Shown: positions 23,874 to 36,304 of the stretch, in pieces | How the letters are laid out: each line of letters begins with the position of its first letter | Position numbering within the stretch: position 1 is the first letter of the stretch | Assembly (NCBI GenBank): GCA_051362555.1 | Contig: CM120644.1 | Location: 8,130,954 to 8,194,953 of the forward strand | Direction: 5' to 3' | DNA from: Lingula anatina | Taxonomy: Eukaryota > Animalia > Brachiopoda | DNA length: 64,000 nt | Program-made: the position numbers and the translations under genes | Notes under the pieces: generated by a model | Databases searched by the model: none | What the model was told of the DNA's origin: nothing | The model's input: only the letters and a program-made list of their open reading frames with translations

Positions 23874-26018
23874 AGGGAGTGGTGAAAAAGATATATCGAT
23901 AAAGAACTAGTTGAATAAGAAAAATGAATACAGAAAAAAACAACAAATTGAAACACACATATATACCTCCAATATACTCCACATCTACATCAGCGGAGAT
24001 GTGAAATATTTCCTCTGCCGGACCAAATAGTTTGGCCTCGCTTTCATAGTGGTAATGGAGAGTTGTTCCCTGGAAACGCAACAACGTTAGCGTCATGTCT
24101 TTTTTCATATGGATTTACTCATTACTTTTGCCAGGGATTAGAGTCCAAAGATGATTGCAATGTGTGGTAAAGAGGGGTAAAATGTTATCACCCAGGTGCA
24201 GAGGTTGTACAGACTTGAATGTATAGGATCTGGCTGTGTTAGGCATTGATGCTGAATGACTGATAACATTTACTAAATCTAAATCAATATATCATTGACA
24301 TTTATATTATATATTAAATTTATATGACAGAAGAAATGTTACTAAATGGTTTTTTTCACACTGGTACGTTAAAAAATCAAGTTGTATTAGCTAAGCTCGT
24401 CCAAAAATGACAACTAACATTACAAGGATAAATAGAAACAAAACAAAACGAACAAATTATAATAATAAATACATAAATAAATAAATAATTAGTGTGCGGT
24501 TCAGTGGACTATTAACGTACTTACATATAAATCAGCCTTAGGCAATGCAGATGAGTCTTTCGATACGTACTCCTCCTCGTTCTTGCTTAAGGTAGACCTC
24601 GCCAGGGAGACAACGAGGCCCAGGTAAATAACATAAAACCTCATTTTCATGTTAAACACGTATCTTGGGAAGTAAACAATGTGGGGTATTAACTGAAAGG
24701 GAATGCTTAATATACTAGAATATAATGCACCACATTATTACGAGGACAATACAAAACGCACACAAGTTATTATTTAACAAATATAAAATTCCTTAACCTT
24801 GCTTTTAACAAAAGAAACTGTGCTACATCTTCCACTTCATGATGTCTATCAATAATTGCTATAAATACGAAGATTTAGTTCACATAGTAGAAAACATTGG
24901 TACATTTCTATAAATGTAATTTTGGTGTCATTTATCTATGTATTTTACTATTACTATTATCATAATTATTGCTGCTATTACCTTATCTATGTACATTTTC
25001 ACCAGCTCAGTCTGGTGCAGAAAGTATGAATAAAGTATAAAGCATAAAGCATATTTAACATTTGTCCTATAAATGTTTTGAATGCTTTATGTTTTAAATC
25101 TTTTCTGTTTTGTGGATTTTTTTTTGATATTGTGCATTAATTTAATAAGATGGAGACATACACCTTATATCTTAATTAATTCACACACGAAGTCGTATAA
25201 GGACATTTGTTTGTCCTTATCTGATATACATGCACGAATTCTAATAAGAGAGCAGCTCTAATGTTAAAATACATAATGTTTGATAGTGAAATGCCTGAAT
25301 ACCTAAATACCTAAGAGAAAACCTTTTTGTTGTTTTTTAAACAAATACCCAGGTTCTGGCCTACGATGGTTCACAATATTACATTATTTTCTTATTTCAA
25401 AGACAAAATATAAATTAAATAAATAAATAAATAAATAAATAAAAATGTCAAAAATTGTGCTGTAAATCGTTTATTCTGTGGGGTATCTTGTACATTTTTC
25501 ATGAACAATTTAAATGTCAAGAATTACATCCAATTAAAATAATAATAAAATTTAATCATTATTGAAATAATTTAATGATAATAACGTTATTGGGGCAACG
25601 ATGACGGTTTTTTAGCTTTATTTACTAACTTTGCTCGACTGTACTCTTAATATCAATACTGATGTTCTAATACTTTATCTCTTACCTTCAAATTAACTTA
25701 TTTTCTTTGCAACACCATTTCGGTGATCATAAGAATCTTGTATTCTTATTTGTTAATCACCTATTCACATTTCTTTGTTAAGCAATATCTGGTAGCATGT
25801 GTTTATGTCCGTTACAATTATATATGAAAAAAATGTCTATTACATCATACTTTAAAAATCCCCAAAGTAGAGTTTGCACCTGTTATCCGCGTCATGGGAA
25901 AGTACATTTTGCTTGAAGAAGTAAAAAATCAGCCCAAACTGCGACTTTGACATTTTCCATTCTCGCAAAAAAAAAAAAAAAATAAATAAATAAAAAAATA
26001 AAAAATAAAATAAAATAA

Positions 26019-26067
<49 letters not shown>

Positions 26068-26359
26068 TGCCAATAAAGCAAAGACTTGCGATCTATAACA
26101 GAATCGATAAAACTCATATTGCTTAGACTTCCAAACAACAATCATATTTCATACACCGGTACAATATTATACCAAGATTAACATTTAAGACAATTTATAC
26201 AATTGTGGTCCCTATCACCAACAAACTTACCACAAAATAATAAAAACAAACAATCAATCAATCAATTAGACCATCATGCTTGTGAAAATAATTTTCAAAC
26301 TTAAAACAATAATAATAAAGGATGTGATAAATAAATAAAATAAAGCGTAATTCACTTAC

Positions 26360-26502
26360 CCGCCCCAGACGTCTTCCTGCCCCTTGGGCCTCAATATTTA
26401 GCGTGCTTCTCTATCCACTCGTTTTATACACTTCACAAAGAAATGAATTCATGTAACGGAGCCAACTTTAACTTCTATTACATAATTAGTTTCCTTGTTT
26501 AC
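26360..26502 (-). promoter_or_regulatory. Putative promoter and short non-coding first exon of copy A
   Basis: Minus-strand TATAAAA at 26428-26422, a GTAAGTG donor 62 nt downstream, and TGTTTAC at 26496-26502. Same arrangement and spacing in copy B. Matching acceptor at 24694-24693 upstream of the ATG. Confidence 0.6.
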
Positions 26503-26838
26503 TTCAACTGAACTTCATTCAAATTCAGTACATTAACGCTTTCTTTGAAAATGTTTCCCATGGACAGATTAACCCACTGGAACGTGCAGAACTAAAATAC
26601 AACCTCCCATTTGAGGACAGCAGACACGAGGCGGATCATGAATAAAACACAACCAGGTGCTTGTTTATACAACAAAAAACTTGTTGGATGCAGAATATTC
26701 AAATATATCTCACTAAAATACTATTTCTTGATGAGCTCCCAGGTACGAAAAATACAAAAAAGTTCCTCTTGGGTGATTTATTCACATCATCAACGTTGGT
26801 TTTATTCAATACTTACTCAACAGTATTTGTGGTGCTTA

Positions 26839-27095
26839 GGCTGCGTTCATATGAAAGATCTATTTTCTAAAAATCTTAAAATCTATTTGCGGTATCTTGT
26901 GATCACGGTCTGTGCCCTGAATACCCTGCGGCGTAATTACTGGCAGCGCCGAGAATTAATTACAGCTTAGAAAGTAACTGGCTCGCGCTGCCCGTAATTA
27001 CGCCGTGGGGTATTCAGGGCACAGACCGTGATCACAAGATACCGCAAATAGATTTTTAGAATTCTAGAAAATAGATTTTTCATGTGAACGCAGCC
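26839..27095. mobile_element. Palindromic PIF/Harbinger-type MITE with TTA target duplication
   Basis: TTA-GGCTGCGTTCA...TGAACGCAGCC-TTA with ~110-bp inverted arms; absent from block B at ~59445. Confidence 0.9.
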
Positions 27096-27753
27096 TTATA
27101 GTCATTTGCTGATATTTACACTCTTTACTACATGTTTTTTTTTTTGCTTTTTTCCTGATGTCTTGTTATTCTTTGTTTGTGTATGCGTGATTCTTTCTAT
27201 TCTTATTCACCATGGCAAATTGAATTGTATTTCTTTGTATTTCTTATACTAGTATTACCCTCAACCAAATTTAATATAAACTTTATAGGTATACATTTTC
27301 ATAATCACAAGGCCACTACTGGCGTGGTAATAGAATGATAAAATTTAATCAAACATCTTATTATGAGGGACTAAGAGCAAGTAAAATAATCGTTAATCGA
27401 TAATAAATCAATAATGCAACCGATATCAAATTTAAAGGGTGGAAATAAACAGCTGAATTTACTGCAATTCATCCAAGTTTATTAGTGTTCTTCGTAAATG
27501 TTCTCCCTGTAATAGCTATTTTATTTTTTCTTCTTCCTCATTTGAAAATCAAATAAATGTAAATGTGTAAATTGATGTTTATCAGTGACCACATGAATGC
27601 TTTTTTAGCTTCGTTGTAATATGTAATACGCTGCATCATGAAGATTATTCACCAAAGTTTGAAATTTCAAATTGTCAGCGAGAGGGAGAGAGATGGGGGC
27701 TTCGAAAGCTGCAGTCATCCGTCATACATGGAGTCACCTGTAATGCCGCACTA

Positions 27754-28600
27754 CAGACTAGACATTTTATAATAATATTTCAATTTCAAAGTTATGTCTA
27801 GATAAAAATGTGTCATTTATTTCTACAAAGTATATCCTTAGTGCATTTATGAAAATAGATGTGTAGTCAGGTGTGTCAATAATAGGTAACCGACTGCCTT
27901 GTCTGAAGCACTGCTGCATTACTTAATGTGTGGTAATTTCTTTGAACTGGTCTGACTATAAAGACAGTGAAAGAGCATGGTTCTGTCAAAGAATCCAATA
28001 TTTCGGCAGAAGGCTGCACAGATGATTTTGAATTTTTGCAAGTAGTGGATGCTACGTTGCGTAAACTGAACGAAACAGAGTTTCAGCATTGTTGATATGC
28101 TCCAGACAGATCATTGTGTCGTAAGGGACGCTTCACACAGCCTTACATAGGTACGTCCAGACTCCTGTGCCTAAATAGAGGCCACGTCCATGAAATCCAG
28201 AACTTAACACCGGGGCAAAGGATCCATTTTTTTCACGGTTTTGCTGCTACATGTAGATATAAACAAAAATCGTTTTTCAAGGCCTGTTGCCATCGCCAGT
28301 CTGGTTTAAGCAAATTACTATACCAGGCAACATCTGATGGACCCTCTGTGGCCCTCTGTCGGCTATTTCTGCAATGAGTTAGAAGCCATTTACGTTTCTG
28401 AGTACAGCACTAGAAACATGGTTTTTGCTTATGAGGTCAGAGTTTAGCTGTGCCGCAAAGGTGGTCAAATGCGAGTTCACAGATATTCTAAAGAGGCCTT
28501 CGACTAAGCGTGTGTCGCTTCAATAGAGTGACTTGAGTCGGTGGGAGCATCTGTTCTCGGGGCCAAGGTCATAGAATATTTTGGAAATCAAAAGCTTCCC
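27754..28600 (+). mobile_element. Old Tc1-family relic (left end plus decayed transposase 5' part)
   Basis: Starts TA-CAGACTAGACATTT and follows the reverse complement of the 30122-31785 element (AGTCAGGTGTGTC, GCACTGCTGCATT, AAGAGGCCT.CGAC). Right boundary approximate. Confidence 0.65.
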
Positions 28601-29636
28601 ATTTCCTGATAATCAGGAACAATTTCATTTCACAAGATAAAATATCCGTCAATGCAGAGTACATATATTTACAAATTACTTGTGGAACAAAGGGTCTGAG
28701 CAGGAACCGCGGCAATCAAGATAGCTAGACTGTAATATATCCGATATGTGTGTGGCCAGTACATGCCGAAGCAAAGGCTTACTGTTCCCTACAACAAAAC
28801 TGGGCCAAGCTTTGATCAATGCCTAAAATATTATTCCAGTTCCAACACCAATAAACCGGTTGGAATAAAGCAAAAGCTTGCTGCTTTAGTAGTAACCGAT
28901 GAGGCAAGACGCACCACTGACCGTTGCTGTGATTAGACACTGCTATGAGCGTCCTTTGTGAAGCTTAAAACTCTTTGCAAGGGATGATGTTGAATATAAG
29001 ATATTAGAATAATTAATGCTTTTAATGGTTGCTGTATGACTTAGAATCAGCTATGTATTTTCGTTTGCTTGATTAGATGATTTCAATTGAATAGTTGATG
29101 TCACAATTTCAGTGAATACATTATTAAAATTTATTAAAACAATATTTAAGCCATTGACTTCATTTATACGTTAGAACAGTAAGAAAAGATCAAAGAAAGT
29201 TATATGGAAAAATATTCCAAATTAAATTTCAAGTCTCTAGTACTAATGAGTGATGTTACATCAAGTTTCTGGTACTGTGACAAAAGTCGCAACACCACGT
29301 GCAACAATTAACATTTAATTGTATGAAATGAAGAAGGAAATAAACCAAGTGACTTGATTCGTTCAATACGGAGTAATTAGTATTTTCACATACCAGAAAT
29401 GCACCTTAAAGATCATGGGTTAACATAATTCACAAACTCCGTCTTTTTTTAGTACCATGTTTTCCTAAAAACAAGGTGCTTTGAAAAATGTGTTTGTCGA
29501 TTTTATGCAACAACAGGACGAAGAAGATGAGGTCCATATATACACACACGACAGATATGAGTGCAATCTGATGAACTCCACAGTTAAGAGATACTACTGC
29601 GCATGCGTCAAGGTGCCAGAATCTCCTCCGAGAGTA

Positions 29637-29785
29637 GCCGAGAATTAATTACAGCTTTGGAAGTAACTCGCTCGCTCTGCTAGTTAATTACGCCGCGGGT
29701 TATTCAGGGCACAGACCGTGATCACTAGATACCGCCAATGGATTTTTAGATTTTTAGAATTTAGATTTTTCATGTGAACGGTGCC
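29637..29785. mobile_element. Half copy (loop plus one arm) of the palindromic MITE
   Basis: GCCGAGAATTAATTACAGCT..ATTCAGGGCACAGACCGTGATCA..CATGTGAACG matches 26948-27095. Confidence 0.8.
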
Positions 29786-29951
29786 TATGTACACGTAAAG
29801 CTTTGTAAAGTCCCTTTTGTCACACATCATAGATAATAAATTTTGTCTTGAATGAGTTATAATAATGGTTTGTTATAATGATGATAATAATAATAATAAT
29901 TACGACATAAATCTGAAATTGTATATTTCCTTTTGACCTTTATCATATTAG

Positions 29952-30070
29952 AAGTGGAGATGGACCTGGGGAAGCAGGTAGACGTGGAGTCCACGTGGAG
30001 CCCATTGTCATTGTCTTGGAGCCTGAGGAGATGTGGAAGGAAACTCATTGGAAGAGCGGGCAGGTGCTAG
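29952..30070 (+). pseudogene. Inverted orphan terminal exon of a fourth family member
   Basis: AG acceptor, then KWRWTWGSR*TWSP..LSWSL..LIGRAGRC*. Length 119 nt equals the canonical 108-nt exon plus an 11-nt tandem duplication. The sequence after the stop (GCATGTTTGTTAAATG) matches copy C. Confidence 0.85.
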
Positions 30071-30121
30071 GCATGTTTGTTAAATGGATTACAAAAAGAA
30101 AATTGATTAAATACGAATATA

Positions 30122-31785
30122 CAGACTTGACATTTAATATGGAATATTTTTTCCAAATCATAATTAATCAGTTTTTTTCCTATTTTGATGACTGAAAAAT
30201 GAAAATAAGGATTAAAATCGTGTTTTAAAAACTTTTGATAATCTGTTCGATGTTATTGTGACATGAGTCCATTAATTGAATTCGCCAGTGAAGCAAACAA
30301 AAATACATTGCCTATTTTAAGTCATACGACAACCATTGAAAGCGATATTTTCGATCTCCATATTTTCCTAATTATCGTCTTTAAAAGAGTTACACGCCCC
30401 ACAAAGGCCCCTCATGTGGGTGTCTAGTCACAGCAATGGTCGCTGTTACGTCGGACCTCATCTTGCCGCTACCAGAGCTTTCAAGCGACAAGGCATTCCT
30501 TAGAATGGGTTTTAGAGTTTTATCTGGAATAAAATTTCAGGCAACGGTTAAGACTTGGCCAGTTTGGTTCAGTTTTGTTGTAGGACATACAGGCCGTTGA
30601 TACAGCGAGTAATGACCTAGCCACATATTGTCTCTGTGGTTCAAATACGGCGATTTTGATGACCAAGGTAGCTGCTCATTCCCTTGGTTCTGTAAGTTAT
30701 CTGCTATTAAAAGTGCTCTGTGTGAACCGGCAATCTCATCGTGCAACCTAAAATTGTTCCTAAGGTGCCCCTATCAAATGATGGTCAAGTGGTTCCCAGA
30801 GTATTCCTCTATTTGATCTGGTTCAGGTTTTCATCGATGACTTCCATTAGTGTTTTGGCACCAATGTGGTATCCACTCCAAATAGTGATGCTTCCAATGA
30901 CCCTAGTCACTTAAAAAGTGGCACACGTCTTGTCGTAGGCCTCTTCAGGATGTCTGTAAACTCTGTTTTGACCATTTTAGCGGTACGGGTGAAATCTGAC
31001 TTCAATAAAGAAAGGCACGCGATTTCAGTGTTCTACCCAAAAATGGTCAGGGTCCCCAATTCATTAGAGAAACAGACTACGCTGTTTAGCTGTTTACAGT
31101 GGCTTCCTCAGAGGTCGCCTGATATCCTAACTTGCTGAAACCATTTTGGTGTTCGCTAAGAGCCTTGAAAAAACGCGTTTTGGTGACAATTTGCCCCTCA
31201 TTCAAAACGGACTGGATGGTTTCGGTTTAATTGCAGCAGCATATCCTGAAGGACAGTGAGTCCTGTAACCTGGTGGTAATTAAGATGTCGATACATTGGG
31301 CGTGGTATCTGTGTAGGTGCATCAGTCTGGGCATAACCCTATAAAACTGTGCAGACCATTCCGTTTGACACAATAATCTGTCTGGCAATGTCTGTCTTTT
31401 TCGCGCCATTCTGGCACAGCTTAACAATTTTAAAAAACACTGCTTAATTCATTTTACGCACTTCAAAACAGACCGTTTGCATGCAAAATTTCAAATTCTT
31501 CGATACAGTAGTTGCCGACATATGGATACTTTTTTGACAGAACCATCCTTCATCAAAGCCAAGCTTTGACCAGCCCAAAGGAGCACCAGACAATTAAAAC
31601 ACTGCATATTACACAATGCAGCAGTGCAACAGACTTGGTAGTCAGTTAATTGGTAGCGACACACCTGACTTCATACTTCTCCAGTCAGATATCTTATGTG
31701 AGATCTGAGTTTTTTGAAAAAAGAAGGCATTTTTACCTAGGTATACCTTTAAAACTGAAATATTCCATATTAAATGTCAAGTCTG
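30122..31785 (-). mobile_element. Full-length but decayed Tc1-family DNA transposon
   Basis: 28-bp TIR CAGACTTGACATTTAATATGGAATATTT at both ends, TA on both flanks, 1664 bp. Fragmented minus-strand transposase (MARKRQTLPDR..; LPWSSKSPYLNHRDNMW, equivalent to WPSxSPDLNPIENLW). Confidence 0.9.
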
Positions 31786-32262
31786 TATAAGTGTGTATGT
31801 ATTTGCATATGCATGTGCCTGTACATGTGGACATGTCTGTATGTGTTCAAGTGCGTGCATGGCTAATAACATGACTTTTGTAGTCCATGCAACCTCCTCC
31901 CGTGAATACTGTACGTCCGAGTAATGTTTTCCGCTTTGTAAAATACAGATCATTCCTCGCCCTCCCTTTTTATAGGTTTGATAGATTTATTCAAATCCAT
32001 TAAAACAAGTTTGTTTGTCTATCATAATCATATTTTGCCTTCTTTAATTATGATTCTACGTGTTTTCTTCTTTCCTTCTCTAATCAATTTTTAATGCGTT
32101 CATTTGGTTATTAATTAAGTAATGATTTGTTTGTATTGTTTAATTTCATTTCTATTGCTTCTTTTGTACTTCATTTAAACACAAGCTTTCAAGCACACAC
32201 TTTGTTGATGAAAAAAAAAAACACTTTGTTTATCTACTCAGTGACATGCTCCCTATCTCTCC

Positions 32263-32303
<41 letters not shown>

Positions 32304-32357
32304 TGATACTCGGAATGGGATGCGTTGGTTTCCAATTCTATCTTTGTGTTGATTACC

Positions 32358-32416
<59 letters not shown>

Positions 32417-33928
32417 ATTATCAGAGCTACTAGTATATCATCAATCTACTAGTATATCATCAATCATCAATCACTGTGACAATCAAGTCTTAGGGGCATC
32501 GCGCTTTCTGTCATGCGGTTCATTTGGGGGGGGGGAGGGGGGAGGGGGTCATTTCACAGATAAAGGATGGGTTGCTCCCCATTAACAAAGAACAAAGAAC
32601 AATTAGTTTTTCAACTCAGCGCCTGCAGGTGACTGGCTTGTGTTTGCGTGACGTGAACTTCTGTGTAGAGAAAAGTAGACAACAATAAGTAAACAAGTTA
32701 TCAAGTCTGAAAGCTTATTATCAGCGGACACTTTTGTCTTGTAGAGCTTCACACTGTGCTGTTCTGTGTTATTATTTTTGCGCTTCCAAAATTGAGTCAG
32801 GCAAACAGTTGGCGAGAAATAATGGGTAGATATCTACTATGAGCATAAGGTATAACAGAATAGAACTGGAGTAAATATATTAGAGTATCAGAAAAAAATT
32901 GATATATGTTATTAAACTAACACAATAATATCAAAGATTTCTCTGTGATTGGTAGGTAAGCGGTGTAACAACCATTGACACATGTGCCAACAGAATTCAC
33001 GAACGTATTGCTTAGTATGTTCACATTGGACTGGAGGCAAAACTGGTTAATCAAAAACATTATATTACCCAATGCACACTTAACACGAACACTTAGAGCC
33101 AGTATAATGGGTTTAAATACTGTATCTTTGTCTATCTGCAGTGTCTTTGCCTTATTTTTGAAGTGTCGACGTTGCTGTTTCCAAATTTGGCATGTTTTAT
33201 GCGTGTCGACGGTGAATTCTCAAGTAATCTGAACATTTTTGCCGACTTAACGCAGGTGCAGTTCTATTAGGCTGCAGTTTTGCGTGATATTCGTACACAT
33301 GACATACATTTGAAAACATCTAAAAAAAAACTTTCCTGAAAACACCTACAATGTACATCAACAAAAACAACCGCGTTTTATCTTAACAAGGAATAGTGCA
33401 TTAACAGAATCAAATTTATTTTTCAAATCATCCATTTTTTTGTCGATGCTAATGCCACGGTCTCAGACTGTCAGCGTACATGTAATCAGACCGCAGCGGA
33501 AAAAAAACATAATAACAGTTCCAAATCAACTTTATCGCTTGTTGTCGACAGGTTTCATGTTAATCGTACGGTATGGTGAAAACCAATCGGTCAAATTACA
33601 ATAAGCAGAGCTGAATAATGGAGAAAGGGAAATTTTTTCGTGTCTGTGTTATTTGTTGTGCTCAACCTCCTTCCACCGTCTTCATAAATCTAGTTACTCA
33701 GTGTTTAAAGCATGATAAAATCACATAGATCAGAAAGAGCACCAAATACATGTAGTTATTTTTAAGCTAAGCAGTATTTATTAAATAGGGGCATCAAAAC
33801 AGTCTAAATACGAAGGGCTGGCCACTGGAAAACCTATTTTGTATAAAAAAGTATTTAACATGGCTCCGGGCGCAGTCATGGGTCAGTTTGATTGCTTTAA
33901 AGGTACATATGAACTGAGCACCTACTTA

Positions 33929-33942
33929 CCAGTAGGGGGCAC
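33929..33942 (+). promoter_or_regulatory. Candidate CTCF-binding motif
   Basis: CCAGTAGGGGGCAC fits the bilaterian CTCF core CCASYAGRKGGCRS; motif match only. Confidence 0.4.
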
Positions 33943-35124
33943 TTTTGCAGCTTGCAAGATGCTCTGTCCGTTTACTGCAGTAGAGAAGCGAGAAAATCGA
34001 GTATAATAAGTGCTAATGTTACCTTTCTTATCTTTACAGATACGACATGCATGTACAAAAGAACATATTTTAATATTTATTAAAATAAATAAATGATCCT
34101 TTCTGTGATTATTTAATCAACTGTCTATTCTGAAAGGCTGCATATACTGTAGTTTTTCGTCTTCTGGACGCCTTTTTTGCCAGACAGCTGGGTCGTGTTG
34201 GCTTTGGTATTTCAATCACATTTAATAACTGTGGATCGCATGTCCCTGGAAGCTGATGCACGTCAACTGAATCCCCCAGAAAATGCAGCTTGCGTCAACA
34301 GCTTATCTAATAGGAGGCATGTCCATGCACCAGGGGCTTCTAGACGTGAACATTAGGGCTCGGTCTGGACTAGCTTGAACTGTATTTCGTATATGTGTGG
34401 TTTCTTTAAAACGTGTGCAACGTGATGTAAGATCGAATGTCTGGTTTGTGAGATGTAAGAGACAAGTTGAAGCTCATAGAAACTGCTTTTTCATATACTT
34501 CAGCATGTACATAACTAAAGGCACGTAAAACACCGGTCTAAACACTTAATTTTGTGAAAGTAGTTTTCTCAAAAGACATCTTTAATCATTAATTGTTAGC
34601 AACGTGTCTGTTCAAGAAAAGTAATTACAAAATATATATTAAGAATTCTAGTCAAGTTAAAATTTGAGACTCAGCGGAGCTGCTTGTTGAATACAGAAAA
34701 AGAAGTTTAGGAAAGTTGTGTTGAACGGGGTTGGGCAATTTTCGTTATGCCACAGTGTGTTGCCGTGGGATTCACCAGAAAAGCAGCACTCGTTGACAAT
34801 CTTTATTTGTCTGTGACGGTCTTCCGTACGTGACTTATTTACTTCGGTGACAATAGATGTGATGCTCGAGATTATGGTCGCTTCAAGTGGTTTATAGCAT
34901 ATCAAAAGCTGATAGTCTTTCAAATTATCTGTCATGCGTTGAGAAGCTTACTTGTTGCATGGTACCCGGTAGCTGACCAAGAGCTCGTTAACAATAAAAC
35001 ATGTTAATTACGCACCGCCGCACTTTCCAAGTCAGTTAATAACAGGTTGGTGGGCTTTAAAATAATATTTCAATATATCTCTTTTCTTTCATTGAGTAGA
35101 AAACCCCGTTCCGTGATCAGACTG

Positions 35125-35182
<58 letters not shown>

Positions 35183-36221
35183 CTGTCATATATATAAATC
35201 AAACATTGCTTTGAGGTAATTAATTAATCCATTCATCTCGGTAAGACAGGCAGACACGACTTCTCAGGGTTTTTGTACAACAAGGAATCAACGGTATTTT
35301 ATTTCAGATGTCATTGTTGAAAGAAAAACTGCAGCTCACAGGGAAGATGTGAAGAATATATACTCCCATTCATTTTTTATGTCAGTTGCATGCATCAGCT
35401 GTAAGTTCTGAATCAAAGCAACTGTTCTCATGTAAAAATGTACAAAGATTTTGTACTATATTGGTACCGGTTATGACAAAATGGTATTTCAAAATATTTT
35501 GTCTTCTTTCCATTTCCATAATGTTTTATACTAAAAGCCCCACTTCAGTAAAAGAAGTCACACATGTTCACTGTGCCGGATGATGTACATTTTCTGATAA
35601 GAAATATATTAATTTTACCATAGATCTCTTTTAAAACAAAGTGTAAATGTAGATAACATCATTTGCATTTCAGCTGATATTAGACTAATAATAAGGCTAC
35701 AAAATGGTTGGGAGGTACTGTACATGTCACGGTAACTAAATGCTTTGAAAAACCCGTATATTTGTTGAATAAAGACTTAAGTCACGCGCATGCCATGACT
35801 TGATACTGCGGGAGAGTAATCTCAATACTTTTCTGTCTTTTGTTTGTGAGATGAATGAGTATCTACAATGTACAGAGTCTCAATAGTATTTTATCGTATC
35901 TAATTGCTTATTTAAGATTAATTTTTTTTCTGCTCACCAGCAAGTTGAACCAGAACGGCATCCGTCGGATGCAATAAAGCACGAAATCACGGAATGACGT
36001 AATTTACTGAAAAATATGTTTTACAAACTATTTTAATTTGATAATTCATTTGGTCACAATATAACCATTCAATATGTAAATTTTCAGCGGTCTTGTATCA
36101 GAATTTGCTAAAAAGCCAACGCCAGGGTGGATCCATGTATGGCTTCCTGAAGCGTGCTGCTCTTATTTCCACGTATTATAAAGTATACGTGAAATGTCAC
36201 TTGACGCATTTTCTTAACGTC

Positions 36222-36228
36222 TATAAAA
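36222..36228 (+). promoter_or_regulatory. Putative TATA box of the SMB-like gene
   Basis: TATAAAA about 80 nt upstream of the signal-peptide ATG at 36305. Confidence 0.5.
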
Positions 36229-36304
36229 GCAGCTGCTTGCAGATATGCTAGAAGAAAATTTACCCTTCAACGGTGATAACCATTGTCAGTTGTAAAGGAC
36301 AGCG

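Larger units (their letters stand above)
15341..24644 (-). pseudogene. Copy A of the lipid-transfer-module (vitellogenin/MTP-N-like) + basic C-domain gene; probably a recent pseudogene
   Basis: 13 coding exons: 24644-24525, 24069-23967, 23100-23013, 22889-22771, 21941-21821, 21492-21300, 20931-20751, 19983-19873, 19568-19447, 18246-18160, 17903-16575, 16185-16006, 15448-15341. In-frame TAG at 17477-17475 (GAG in copy B). Exon-9 acceptor reads CAC instead of CAG (position 19569). Confidence 0.85.
12474..29474. repeat. Segmental duplication, block A (direct paralog of ~46953-61602)
   Basis: Colinear similarity across exons, introns and flanks, from GCGCCAATGTA/(GA)n/TTGTATACGG at the left to AGTACCAT..TTTCCTAAAAACAA at the right. 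Boundaries approximate. Confidence 0.9.

Noticed and set aside
26611-26970. 119-aa ORF upstream of copy A
   Set aside because: TTG start, runs into a MITE arm and is not preserved as such in block B.
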